Position numbers and translations under genes: made by a program
NCBI RefSeq assembly: GCF_000016745.1
Contig: NC_009483.1
Coordinates: 3,390,001 to 3,422,000, forward strand
Direction of reading: 5' to 3'
DNA length: 32,000 bases
Source: Geotalea uraniireducens Rf4
Lineage (GTDB): Bacteria > Desulfobacterota > Desulfuromonadia > Geobacterales > Geobacteraceae
Notes under the pieces: model-generated
What the model was told of the DNA's origin: nothing
Database searches by the model: none
What the model saw: the letters and a program-made list of their open reading frames with translations, nothing else
In this document: piece by piece, positions 1 through 8,188 of the stretch
How positions within the stretch are numbered: position 1 is the stretch's first letter
Layout: every line of letters begins with the position of its first letter

Positions 1-186
1 TTGGCGAATGCCTGCCAAAATGGTGCGTTGATCAGTGATGTTGCTCTGACAATTAAACATTCAGGTGCAGACTTGAGAAACCGCATGGATGCCTATATCA
101 AATGGGAGGGTCGAGACAGTAACCGAAGAAAGAATGACAAGGTGATGGAGGTATGCCAGAACCTGCTTCAGCAATTACAGCCATAA
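1..186 (+). CDS. 3' end of an unidentified CDS (last 61 codons; the start lies left of the window)
   Basis: The frame is open from base 1 to TAA at 184-186. I recognise no motif. GC is visibly lower than in the core genes. It may be the first gene of an operon with the next two CDS (66-nt gap). Confidence 0.3.
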   Translation: MANACQNGALISDVALTIKHSGADLRNRMDAYIKWEGRDSNRRKNDKVMEVCQNLLQQLQP

Positions 187-251
187 ACGCAAGAAAATTT
201 ATTACTCTCCATGCCCATAAAAACACTTGCATAGGAAGCGAGAAACATCGC

Positions 252-884
252 ATGAATAAAAAACTCACCATCATGGTCTCCTCTTCGGTCTACGGCATCG
301 AGGAACTGCTGGACCGGATTTATACATTGCTGACCGCCTTCGGTTTCGAGGTCTGGATGTCGCACAAGGGGACGGTCCCGGTGTTCTCGAACCGTTCCGC
401 CTTTGACAACTGCCTTGCGGCCGTGGAGAAATGCGACCTCTTCCTCGGGCTGATCACGCCTTATTACGGCAGCGGGAAGGATGAGGACGGTATCTCCATC
501 ACCCATTTCGAGCTGCGCAGGGCCATCGAACTCAAGAAACCTCGCTGGCTTCTGGCCCATGACCACGTGGTGTTTGCCCGTACGTTGTTGAACAACCTGG
601 GCCATGAAGGAAAAGAAAAACGCGGGAGATTGAAACTGAAGAAGAACAACGTCATTGACAACCTGCGCGTAATCGATATGTACGAAGAAGCGATCCTTTC
701 GGAGAAACTCTTACGCGACAGACATGGCAACTGGGTTCAAAAATTCAGCACCGATGACGACGCGGCGCTGTTTGCCACGGCGCAGTTTTCCCGCTATCAG
801 GAAGTGGAGGCGTTCGTGCAAGAGAACTTCAATGATAAAGATCATATCTCCCTGTCGCTCAAGGAACGTGGAGGCCGCCCATGA
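252..884 (+). CDS. DUF4062-like protein (TIR / nucleoside 2-deoxyribosyltransferase-like fold family)
   Basis: ATG at 252 is in frame with track ORF 153..884. The 33 upstream codons overlap the preceding ORF and look non-native. KKLTIMVSSSVYGIEELLDRIYTLLTAFGFEVWMS ... CDLFLGLITPYYGSG ... GISITHFELRRAIELKKPRWLL fits the DUF4062 pattern as I remember it. The stop TGA 882-884 overlaps the next ATG (ATGA). Confidence 0.6.
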   Translation: MNKKLTIMVSSSVYGIEELLDRIYTLLTAFGFEVWMSHKGTVPVFSNRSAFDNCLAAVEKCDLFLGLITPYYGSGKDEDGISITHFELRRAIELKKPRWLLAHDHVVFARTLLNNLGHEGKEKRGRLKLKKNNVIDNLRVIDMYEEAILSEKLLRDRHGNWVQKFSTDDDAALFATAQFSRYQEVEAFVQENFNDKDHISLSLKERGGRP

Positions 885-2314
885 AGCCGGAAAAGCTAAG
901 GGAACTTCTCCTTCTTGGCGAAAGCCAGCATGTGGAATTCAAGTCGCAGTGCCGGAATCCGGATGTTGTCGGGACTGCGGTGTGCGGGTTTCTCAATACC
1001 GGCGGCGGCTCCGTTGTCTGCGGCGTTGATAGCAAGGGAAACATCCGGGACATTGATAAGCCAAATGAAGTCGTGATCATGCTGGAACAGGCACTGCAAG
1101 GCGTATCTCCCAAGGCGCTGGTTTCCATCTCTGTTCATGAGGTTGAAGGAAAGCCTTTGATCGTTGCCGAAGCGCCAGCCGGTCAGGATATTCCCTATGC
1201 GTTCAACAATGTGATCTACATCCGTGAGGGGGCGCATACCAAAGCGGCCGACGTGGAAACCATCCGGGACATGGTGCTTCGCAAATCGGTGGAACCGGAA
1301 CGATGGGAAAGACGGTTTTCCACCGCCGAGCCTGAAAGCGATGTCGACCTGCAGGAAATCAGTAGAACCGTTACCGCGATCCTGAAAATACGTCGTACTT
1401 TTTTCAGGGATACGGCAAATCCCCTCATGGTTCTGGAGGACCTTTCCGTGGCCAAGTATGGCCGTCTTACCCAGGGGGGGGATGTCCTGTTCTGCAAGAA
1501 TCCGGCTGCCCGCTTTCCCCAGGTTCGGGTTCGGGCCGCATGTTTCACCCAGGACAAGGCCAGTGATACCTTCCGGGATATGAAGTCGTTCGAGGGGCCG
1601 CTCGTATCCGTGCTCGAACAGCTCTTCGATTTCATCATTCGCAACACCGCGACAGTATCTCGGTTCAGAAAGACTATTCTAGAGCGTCAGGATGAGTCCC
1701 TCTACCCTTCGGAAGCAATCCGGGAAGCCTTGGTCAATGCGTTCGCCCATCGCGACTATGCCGACTTTTCCGGCGGCATTACAGTACATATCTATCCCGA
1801 CCGGCTGGAGATATGGAACTCAGGCAACCTGCCCGAGGGCATTACGCTGGACACGCTGGCAAAAGGGCATCTATCGGTTCTCAGGAACCCGGACATCGCA
1901 CATGTGCTTTATCTGCGCGGTCTTATGGAAAAACTCGGCCGCGGCAGCATCCTTATTCTTCAGGCATGCGCAGAGCGGGGGCTTCCCAAGCCCACATGGC
2001 GGTCTGATTATAATAAAGGTGTGACGCTGACTTTTTATTCCCCGGAAGTTACCCCGGAAGTTACCCCGGAAGTCACCCCGGAAGTGCGTTTTCTCCAGGC
2101 AATCAAAGGCGAGATGACACGGCAGGAAATTCAGGACGCCGTGGGGTTGAAGGACGATGAACACTTTCGCAAGACATACCTGCTGCCGGCTCTGAATGCC
2201 GGTCTGCTGGAAATGACCATCCCGGATAAGCCCCGCAGCAGCAAACAGAAGTACCGGTTGACTGAAGCAGGCCTGCATGTGAGGGAGCAGATAAAAAACG
2301 CTAAGGTCCCATGA
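881..2314 (+). CDS. AlbA_2 (Schlafen-like) + HATPase_c_4-like + C-terminal wHTH protein (putative nucleic-acid-binding ATP-binding regulator)
   Basis: N-terminal ESQHVEFKS...AVCGFLNTGGGSVVCGV is the AlbA_2 core. EAIREALVNAFAHRDY...ITVHIYPDRLEIWNSGNLP is an HATPase_c_4-type motif. C-terminal MTRQEIQDAVGLKDDEHFRKTYLLPALNAGLLEMT looks like a winged helix. The start is coupled to the upstream stop. Confidence 0.7.
   Translation: MKPEKLRELLLLGESQHVEFKSQCRNPDVVGTAVCGFLNTGGGSVVCGVDSKGNIRDIDKPNEVVIMLEQALQGVSPKALVSISVHEVEGKPLIVAEAPAGQDIPYAFNNVIYIREGAHTKAADVETIRDMVLRKSVEPERWERRFSTAEPESDVDLQEISRTVTAILKIRRTFFRDTANPLMVLEDLSVAKYGRLTQGGDVLFCKNPAARFPQVRVRAACFTQDKASDTFRDMKSFEGPLVSVLEQLFDFIIRNTATVSRFRKTILERQDESLYPSEAIREALVNAFAHRDYADFSGGITVHIYPDRLEIWNSGNLPEGITLDTLAKGHLSVLRNPDIAHVLYLRGLMEKLGRGSILILQACAERGLPKPTWRSDYNKGVTLTFYSPEVTPEVTPEVTPEVRFLQAIKGEMTRQEIQDAVGLKDDEHFRKTYLLPALNAGLLEMTIPDKPRSSKQKYRLTEAGLHVREQIKNAKVP
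2040..2086 (+). repeat. 12-bp tandem repeat (CCCCGGAAGTTA, ~3.9 copies) encoding a (PEVT)n linker
   Basis: Read directly: ccccggaagtta ccccggaagtta ccccggaagtca ccccggaagtg. It is in frame and translates to SPEVTPEVTPEVTPEV, between the HATPase_c_4-like region and the wHTH. Confidence 0.9.
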
Positions 2315-2484
2315 ATGCCCTGGCAAAGCATGCCTTATCCCCCCAGCGCCGCCAAGGCAATCTCCTTGATCCCCTTGTAGATCCAACTTGCCTAAGCCGA
2401 GAATCGGCAGGCTTTCCCCCTCCACGTAACAGTCGTGCCCAGGTTTCCAAAGGTTGGGGGGGCAGCTCTGTTTGGCGAGAACGT

Positions 2485-2931
2485 TCACCGCCTCTTGATC
2501 CGAAAAACAGACGTAAAGGTGGCGACCTTGACGCCGCTTTCGTCAAAGACCTCCGCTTCCCCCTTTATGTTCCTGTCATCACGTTCAACAATCCGTGCCA
2601 CGGCCTTCACCGTACCGCCTGTTACCGGGGCGTGAAATCTAAGCCCGAGATCCACCGTGACAAAGTTGGTTCCCTCCGGCAAAACACTCTTGATGGCAAT
2701 AGCTACGGACGTGTCAGCCAGTGCAGTTACTGCGCCGCCATGCATAAACCCCTTACCCTGGGCCAGCTTCACCTTGAACGGCATGGAAAGCACCGCCTGC
2801 CCTGCAGCAGCCTGCTCAATCCGCATCCCCAGGTATTCCTCGAAAGGGGCACAGGCGATCCATTCAGGCAGTTCGAACGGCAGTTCTGTCCCCGCGACCA
2901 TCGGCAAATCAAAGACTTTTTTGTACATCAA
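2485..2931 (-). CDS. PaaI-family hotdog-fold acyl-CoA thioesterase
   Basis: 148 aa. The GFMHGGAVTALADTSVAIA motif and the following HAPVTGGTVKAVARIVERDDR...GEAEVFDESG strand pattern are typical of PaaI/4HBT thioesterases. SD GGAGG lies 6 nt before the ATG. Confidence 0.8.
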   Translation of the reverse strand: MMYKKVFDLPMVAGTELPFELPEWIACAPFEEYLGMRIEQAAAGQAVLSMPFKVKLAQGKGFMHGGAVTALADTSVAIAIKSVLPEGTNFVTVDLGLRFHAPVTGGTVKAVARIVERDDRNIKGEAEVFDESGVKVATFTSVFRIKRR

Positions 2932-3084
2932 ATCCTCCAGCTTTTATCCCAAAAACGGCAGTTAGCCAGTAGAGTAGGAAGCAGGTTACGACATCATTAG
3001 GTTTGGCTTGTCCGTTTCCGCCCCTTTCGTTTGGCGGTGCCTAAGTAGCCTTACCATAGTTGCCTTAACCAGCTCCCCCTCGTC

Positions 3085-3117
3085 AAACCGTACGTGCGGA
3101 TTTCCCGCATACGGCTT
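3085..3117 (-). ncRNA. Group II intron domain V (catalytic hairpin)
   Basis: The minus strand reads AAGCCGUAUGCGGGAAAUCCGCACGUACGGUUU. This has the AGC triad, a 9-bp lower helix, a 2-nt AC bulge and an upper helix capped by a GAAA-type loop, matching the textbook DV consensus (GAGCCGUAUGCG..GAAA..CGCACGUACGGUUC). Confidence 0.85.
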
Positions 3118-3168
3118 ACCTATCAGCCTCTTGCTGCACGGCATTATTGAGGAGTTGTGGCTTTGCTG

Positions 3169-4473
3169 TTACAGGTAAACCAGACCATATCGCTTAAGTC
3201 CGGCATACAGGCTTTCACCTGCCCTGAAGGGTTTGCTCCGCCTTTGGCTCCGATTGTTCAGAAATATTCGAAAGCGAGTCCTCGTGTAATGATTCACGTC
3301 TCGAAATACTTTCCGGGGATACCCGTAGTCGAAGTAGTTGCCCCATCCGCGAAGGATGCTGTTTACCTCGGCAATTGCTTCGACAAGCGGCTTTTTGTAT
3401 CCGCTTCGGGTCTTCTCCCGGATTTTTCCCTTGAGTGCTCCTATGGCCTTCTTACTCGGCATGATGTTGAGATAATCCCAATCTCTGCCCCGCAGGTCAC
3501 GGTCATAGCGGAGGGTGAATCCCAGAAAGTTCAGGCTCTCTTTCTTGTTCATTCTGACAATACCGGTTTTGTCACGGTTGATGCTGAGTCCAAGGTCTGT
3601 TTCGAGTTTCTCTTCCAGCCATCCGGTTATGCGATTGCCCATGTGTCTGGCCATTACTACGAAGTCGTCGGCAAACCGTACCATGCGCGCTCTGGCGAAG
3701 TGGTAGGGGCTGTCTGCTTCTTCGTGAAAGGCCCGGTCGAGCCGGTGAAGGTAGATGTTGGCAAGAAGGGGAGATATTACCCCGCCTTGTGGCGTCCCTT
3801 GTTTGGGACGGCTGATGCTGCCGTCTTCTTCTACTACCGGACTGTGAAGCCATTGCCGGATCAGTTTGAGGACACTCCGGTCGGCTATGCGCCGCTCAAG
3901 TTCTACTATCAGGTGCTCGTGGGGGATGCTGTCAAAGTAGCTCGAAAGATCCGCGTCATACACTTCCTGCCGTCCGAGTTGGAGGTTATTACCGACTTGG
4001 TCGAGGGCTCCATGGGGACGCCTTTTGGGACGAAATCCATGGGAGCAGTCGAGAAAGTCCACCTCAAATATCGGTTCGAGGATAAGGAGTACGGCTGCCT
4101 GTACAATTCTGTCCCGCACGCACGGTATGCCGAGCGGGCGCAGTTTGCCGTTGGGCTTGGTGATGTAGACGCGACGCACCGGGGATGGTTTGTAGTTTTT
4201 GGTTCTCAGGCTTTCTTGAATTTCGTCAAGATAGCCGGATATTCCGTCTGCCCGCACCTCGATGGATTCAATGCTGACACCATCGACTCCCGGCGCGCCC
4301 TTGTTCGCCTTTACTCGCAACCACGCCGTTTCAAGTACATCACGACGATGGATTCGGTCGTAAAGGGCATAGAACCGGAACTGCGGTTCTCGTTTGGCCT
4401 TGCTGCTCAGTTTCCACCGCAGAAGGGAGACTTTTACCGGCAGTCCGGGTTCAGGTTCGAATCCTTCGGCCAT
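3169..4473 (-). CDS. Group II intron reverse transcriptase/maturase (no endonuclease domain)
   Basis: RT motifs are [65 protein letters not shown] and FADDFVVM. The maturase X region is [12 protein letters not shown]. The C-terminus ends without HNH/CxxC motifs. The start is placed at ATG 4473 ([10 protein letters not shown]...). The 93 upstream codons of the track ORF overlap the ribozyme and are not RT-like. Confidence 0.9.
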   Translation of the reverse strand: MAEGFEPEPGLPVKVSLLRWKLSSKAKREPQFRFYALYDRIHRRDVLETAWLRVKANKGAPGVDGVSIESIEVRADGISGYLDEIQESLRTKNYKPSPVRRVYITKPNGKLRPLGIPCVRDRIVQAAVLLILEPIFEVDFLDCSHGFRPKRRPHGALDQVGNNLQLGRQEVYDADLSSYFDSIPHEHLIVELERRIADRSVLKLIRQWLHSPVVEEDGSISRPKQGTPQGGVISPLLANIYLHRLDRAFHEEADSPYHFARARMVRFADDFVVMARHMGNRITGWLEEKLETDLGLSINRDKTGIVRMNKKESLNFLGFTLRYDRDLRGRDWDYLNIMPSKKAIGALKGKIREKTRSGYKKPLVEAIAEVNSILRGWGNYFDYGYPRKVFRDVNHYTRTRFRIFLNNRSQRRSKPFRAGESLYAGLKRYGLVYL

Positions 4474-5047
4474 CCATTCCGTTATGGAGCGTCTGTCGCT
4501 CAAGCGGGTCTCCTCTCTTTCCGTGTAAACATGACTGAAGTACGGCCCCTTGGCTCCACGGGCATTACCCCGCTTCCCGGCTACTATGGGCCGCTCCGAA
4601 TTCCGACCGTACACGCTTGGCGGGTTATTGATTCCCCGTCGGCGTTCTCCCTTCGGCGAAACCCTTTCGCTTTGGGAATTACGTCGGACCTCCCAGGTTC
4701 CTCGGCTGATCTTTCGACACGCGCCCTCCCCAATCACCCCGGACAGTCCCACCGGTTCTTTCGCTCGTTTATCACCGGTGGGTGGCAGGCTTCACCACAT
4801 TCGGAAGGTTGGCCACTGTCAACTACGTGTAACGAGGCCGAAACGGGTTCGCTTGCGCTGGACTCGCGTCTTCGTCGTCAGGGTAGTTATCGTACCCTTC
4901 GCTCTTTTCTTACAAAGAACCGGTCTTACTCCCCACGTTTGGTTACCCTCTCGTGACAGACCGCGACTACATGGTGAACGGGTGAACGAGCAATTTACAT
5001 GTCTGACACTTTTCAGTCAGATAGATCAGCCAGGCTTGGCCTGGCGT

Positions 5048-5173
5048 ACCGAATGACACGAATAAACACGAATGTTTTTAACCCCCTGTTAAGTCTTGAG
5101 TAGTCACCGATCTGGTGAATGCCTTCTGCATCACAAGAGCTTGTATATTCGTGCATATTCGTGAAAATTCGTG
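5048..5173. repeat. Phased heptamer array: 3x ATTCGTG (5147, 5157, 5167) and 2x inverted CACGAAT (5057, 5067), plus a degenerate copy at 5048-5054
   Basis: Read directly. Spacing is exactly 10 bp within each cluster. The clusters are inverted relative to each other and separated by ~73 bp. The arms cacgaatatgcacgaat and cacgaataaacacgaat match 15/17. Confidence 0.85.
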
Positions 5174-5208
5174 GTTAAAATGCTTTTTATAGGTTTATTC
5201 TTCCTAAC

Positions 5209-5988
5209 TTACTTCTTATGCACTTCCACTCCCAGCAAATTCATCACCTGTTGCATATCCGACCACACTTCCCGCTTCATGCCTGCGTTTCTCAGCAGGT
5301 AAGCCGGATGGAAGGTCGGCATGAGCGGAATACCGTGGTAATCGTGAAATCGGCCGCGCATTTTTGAAATAGGCTCCTTCGTCTCCAGCAGGGTCTGGGC
5401 GGCAAAGGTGCCAAGACAGACGATCACCTCCGGTCCGATGGCCTTCAGTTGTCGGAGCAGGAACGGCTGGCACTGCTCGATCTCGTCTTGCTGGGGATTT
5501 CTGTTGTTTGGGGGACGGCACTTGAGGACGTTGCAGATGTATACCTCGTTCCGCTTGAACTGCATGGCTTCGATGATTTTTGTCAACAGCTGCCCGGCCT
5601 CGCCGACGAACGGCTCACCCTGAAGGTCCTCGTCCCGACCGGGCGCCTCACCGACAAAGACCAGCCTGGCGTGGGGATTGCCGACACCGAAAACCAGGTT
5701 GGTTCTGGTTTCGCCTAGCTTGCAGCGACTGCATGCAGCCAGTTCCAGGCGTAGTTCCTCCAGGGTTTCCCCCTTACCACCGGCCGCTTCAGACGGTGTT
5801 TTCACAGACATCCCCGGCGCTGATGCCGGAAAAGCTATCGAGTCCGGGGCCGATTTTTTCAATGGTCCGGCAGCTGATGACGGAGCTGTCTCGGCAAAGG
5901 GGAGGCCGTCCACACCGGTTTCCTGCAACTCTTCAAGATAGGCGCGCAACGAGGCGACAAGCCCCTGAGCCTCATTCTGTTCCTTCAT
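5209..5988 (-). CDS. udg: Family 4 uracil-DNA glycosylase (Fe-S type) with an N-terminal extension
   Basis: CSRCKL...LVFGVGNPHARLVFVGEAPGRDEDLQGEPFVGEAGQLL...ICNVLKCRPPNNRNP...C...HPAYLLRN is the family-4 UDG signature, including the cluster cysteines. Confidence 0.85.
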   Translation of the reverse strand: MKEQNEAQGLVASLRAYLEELQETGVDGLPFAETAPSSAAGPLKKSAPDSIAFPASAPGMSVKTPSEAAGGKGETLEELRLELAACSRCKLGETRTNLVFGVGNPHARLVFVGEAPGRDEDLQGEPFVGEAGQLLTKIIEAMQFKRNEVYICNVLKCRPPNNRNPQQDEIEQCQPFLLRQLKAIGPEVIVCLGTFAAQTLLETKEPISKMRGRFHDYHGIPLMPTFHPAYLLRNAGMKREVWSDMQQVMNLLGVEVHKK

Positions 5989-6035
5989 GGCAAACCCCTT
6001 TACTTTTGCGCAAACATCTAATATTCTTAAGCAGT

Positions 6036-6944
6036 ATGCTGATTCTTCCCATTGTTCTTTTGCTGGTCATTTGCATCCCCCATGAGGCCCTTGCCTGGGG
6101 CGGTGGTATCCACCTGCAACTTGGGTCTGCCGTCCTCAACAACCTCCAGGCGCTCAAACCGGCCATAGCCGCGATCATCGGCGAATTTCCCAATGACTTT
6201 CTCTACGGCTGCATCGCCGCCGACATCACCATCGGCAAGAAATTCACCCATTACCTTCTCCACTGCCATCGCTGGCGTATCGGGCTGAAAATCCTGGAAA
6301 ACGCAGAAAAGGATGCACAGAAGGCCTGCGCCTACGGCTACCTCAGCCATCTGGCGGCAGACACGGTGGCCCACAACTATTTCGTCCCCTACAAAATCAT
6401 GCGCAGCTTTTCCACCTTTACCCTGAAACACGCTTACTGGGAGATGCGATTCGAGAATTTCGTCGATAAGGATATCTGGGAAACAGCCAGGAAAGTATCG
6501 ATGGAAAACTACCGCCAGAACGACGCACTGCTCAGAAAGGTGCTGTCAGACACCATCTTCTCCTTCGGCACAAACAAACGCATCTTCAACTCCATCCTGC
6601 TGGTGAGCAGGGTGGAAAAATGGCAGCAGGTACTGCAGACCCTCTCCGATTCATCCCGTTTCGCTCTGGAAGAAATCGATCGTGACGAATACATGAGCCT
6701 GGCAGAGGAGGCGGTGTTCGATTTCCTGAACAGCTTTGAGGATTCCCGCTTTTTCCAAGCCGACCCCACCGGCGAACGGGCGCTGGCCACGGCTGAGGCG
6801 GTGAGGAAGAATCTGAGGCTTCTCTACCGGAGCGGCAAACTCACCAAACCCCAGGCAATGGAACAACTGGACGAAATAAAGGGAAAGCTGCGCGAGGCCA
6901 TATGCCAACCGGAGCTTCTGCTGCAAATCCTGTCCACGGAGTAG
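6036..6944 (+). CDS. Zinc-dependent phospholipase C-like family protein, secreted
   Basis: The start is placed at ATG 6036 (MLILPIVLLLVICIPHEALA signal peptide, then WGGGIH). The internal motif YLSHLAADTVAHNYF is typical of the Zn_dep_PLPC-like family. The 152 upstream codons of the track ORF run antisense through udg. Confidence 0.65.
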   Translation: MLILPIVLLLVICIPHEALAWGGGIHLQLGSAVLNNLQALKPAIAAIIGEFPNDFLYGCIAADITIGKKFTHYLLHCHRWRIGLKILENAEKDAQKACAYGYLSHLAADTVAHNYFVPYKIMRSFSTFTLKHAYWEMRFENFVDKDIWETARKVSMENYRQNDALLRKVLSDTIFSFGTNKRIFNSILLVSRVEKWQQVLQTLSDSSRFALEEIDRDEYMSLAEEAVFDFLNSFEDSRFFQADPTGERALATAEAVRKNLRLLYRSGKLTKPQAMEQLDEIKGKLREAICQPELLLQILSTE

Positions 6945-6966
6945 TGGCGAGGTTCGAGCAAAACCT

Positions 6967-8178
6967 TCATCCCCGTTCCTTTATCCCCGTTCCTCTGAGC
7001 CCGGCCGCCCTGTCCAGTATGATGTGTGCCAGCTCCAGTTTGCCCATGAGAGGCAGGTCTTCCACCTTCCCGTCACGGAACAGCAGCTTGACGATGTTGG
7101 TGTCCACGTTGAAACCGGCCCCCTCCAAGCTGATGTCATTGGCCACCACCATGTCGAGATTTTTTTCCGTCAGTTTTTTCCCGGCATTGCCGATCAGGTC
7201 TTCGGTTTCCGCAGCAAAACCGACCAGGATTTTCTCCCCTTTGATTGCTCCCAGTTCACCGAGAATATCGGGGTTTTTCTCCAGCTCAAGCGTAAGGCAT
7301 TCGGCGGACTTCTTTATCTTAAGATCTGCGCGGGACGCGGGTCGATAGTCAGCCACCGCAGCAGCCTTTATGATGATCGTGCTCCCGCTGACCTTATCCA
7401 TTACCGCCTGCCGCATCTCAAGCGCGCTGACCACCTGCACGGTTTCCACTCCGAAGGGCTCAGCCAGACAGGTAGGTCCTGTCACCAGTGTCACCCGGGC
7501 TCCCCGACGGCGGGCAGCTACGGCAATGGCATACCCCATTTTGCCGGATGAATGGTTGCTGATATAGCGCACCGGATCGAGCTCCTCCCTGGTGGGGCCG
7601 GCAGTAATGAGGATATTCTCGCCGACAAGGTCCTTGGCGGTCAGCGCGGCCAGTACCTCCTCGAAAATCACCTGCGGCTCCTGCAACTTCCCTTCACCTT
7701 CCCAGCCACAGGCAAGCATCCCTCTGGCCGGCTCCACGAACAGGTATCCGTGCCCCTTCAGCTTTGCCTCATTCTCCCGGTAGAGAGGATTCTGATACAT
7801 GTTGACGTTCATGGCCGGGGCAATGAGCACCGGCGCCTTGGTGGCCATGACCGTTGTGGTGAGCATGTCGTCGGCGATGCCGTTTGCCAGCTTGCCGATG
7901 ACATTGGCAGTTGCCGGGGCGATGACGAACAGATCCGCCCGGTCGGCCAGTGAAATATGGCCGATTTCCCGCTCGGAAATAAGGTTGAAAAGGGATGTGG
8001 AGACCGGGTTCATGGAAAGGGTCTGGAACGTGAGCGGGGTGACGAACTCCGTGGCCGCGTCGGTCATGATGACATGGACATTTGCCCCTGCCTTGGTCAG
8101 GAGGCGCAGCAGCTCAACAGCCTTGTATGCGGCAATGCCGCCGGTGACCCCGAGGATGATCTCTTTTCCTTTTAGCAT
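6967..8178 (-). CDS. coaBC: Bifunctional phosphopantothenoylcysteine decarboxylase / phosphopantothenate-cysteine ligase
   Basis: The N-terminal flavoprotein half has ILGVTGGIAAYKAVELLRLL and PAMNVNMY. The C-terminal CoaB half has ITAGPTREELDPVRYISNHSSGKMG and AAAVADYRP. 403 aa; SD GGAGG. Confidence 0.95.
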   Translation of the reverse strand: MLKGKEIILGVTGGIAAYKAVELLRLLTKAGANVHVIMTDAATEFVTPLTFQTLSMNPVSTSLFNLISEREIGHISLADRADLFVIAPATANVIGKLANGIADDMLTTTVMATKAPVLIAPAMNVNMYQNPLYRENEAKLKGHGYLFVEPARGMLACGWEGEGKLQEPQVIFEEVLAALTAKDLVGENILITAGPTREELDPVRYISNHSSGKMGYAIAVAARRRGARVTLVTGPTCLAEPFGVETVQVVSALEMRQAVMDKVSGSTIIIKAAAVADYRPASRADLKIKKSAECLTLELEKNPDILGELGAIKGEKILVGFAAETEDLIGNAGKKLTEKNLDMVVANDISLEGAGFNVDTNIVKLLFRDGKVEDLPLMGKLELAHIILDRAAGLRGTGIKERG

Positions 8179-8188
8179 ATTTCCTCCC

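Larger units (their letters stand above)
3037..5049 (-). mobile_element. Bacterial group II intron (ribozyme domains I-VI plus intron-encoded RT/maturase), apparently full length
   Basis: The RT ORF sits in the domain IV position. About 575 nt of non-coding RNA lie upstream of the RT ATG (domains I-III). A canonical domain V lies 51 nt after the RT stop. A candidate domain VI helix (UUAAGGC...GC-UA-CUUAG) carries a bulged A. The proposed 5' end is GUACG (5045-5049) and the proposed 3' end is ...GGCAC (3037). Both boundaries are +/-20 nt; alternative GUGU starts exist at 5059 and 5069. Confidence 0.85.

Noticed and set aside
153-251. Upstream start (ATG 153) for the DUF4062-like CDS
   Set aside because: The added 33 residues overlap the preceding ORF's end and look non-native. 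GGAGG sits only ~2 nt from that ATG. The conserved domain begins right after ATG 252. This is not fully excluded.
2040-2086. CRISPR array check (this and all other tandem repeats in the window)
   Set aside because: The repeats are 7-12 bp and contiguous, without spacers, and lie inside CDS. No 25-40-bp repeat/spacer periodicity was seen anywhere in the window.
2311-3000. 229-aa plus-strand ORF and minus-strand ORFs 1871..2488 / 2301..2546 in the convergent gap
   Set aside because: They overlap the thioesterase or the AlbA_2 gene on the opposite strand. I checked the 170-bp gap (2315-2484) in all frames for a gene remnant and found only short stop-interrupted pieces.
4474-4752. 93-codon N-terminal extension of the RT ORF ([10 protein letters not shown]...)
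   Set aside because: It overlaps intron domains I-III. It is Arg/Gly/Ser-rich and unlike RT domain 0. ATG 4473 gives a typical ~434-aa intron RT.
3157-4956. 599-aa plus-strand ORF, the longest ORF in the window
   Set aside because: It runs antisense through the group II intron. The minus strand carries unmistakable RT motifs and ribozyme domain V, while the plus-strand translation has no motifs and has shadow-ORF composition. It is an antisense artefact of a GC-rich, codon-biased region.
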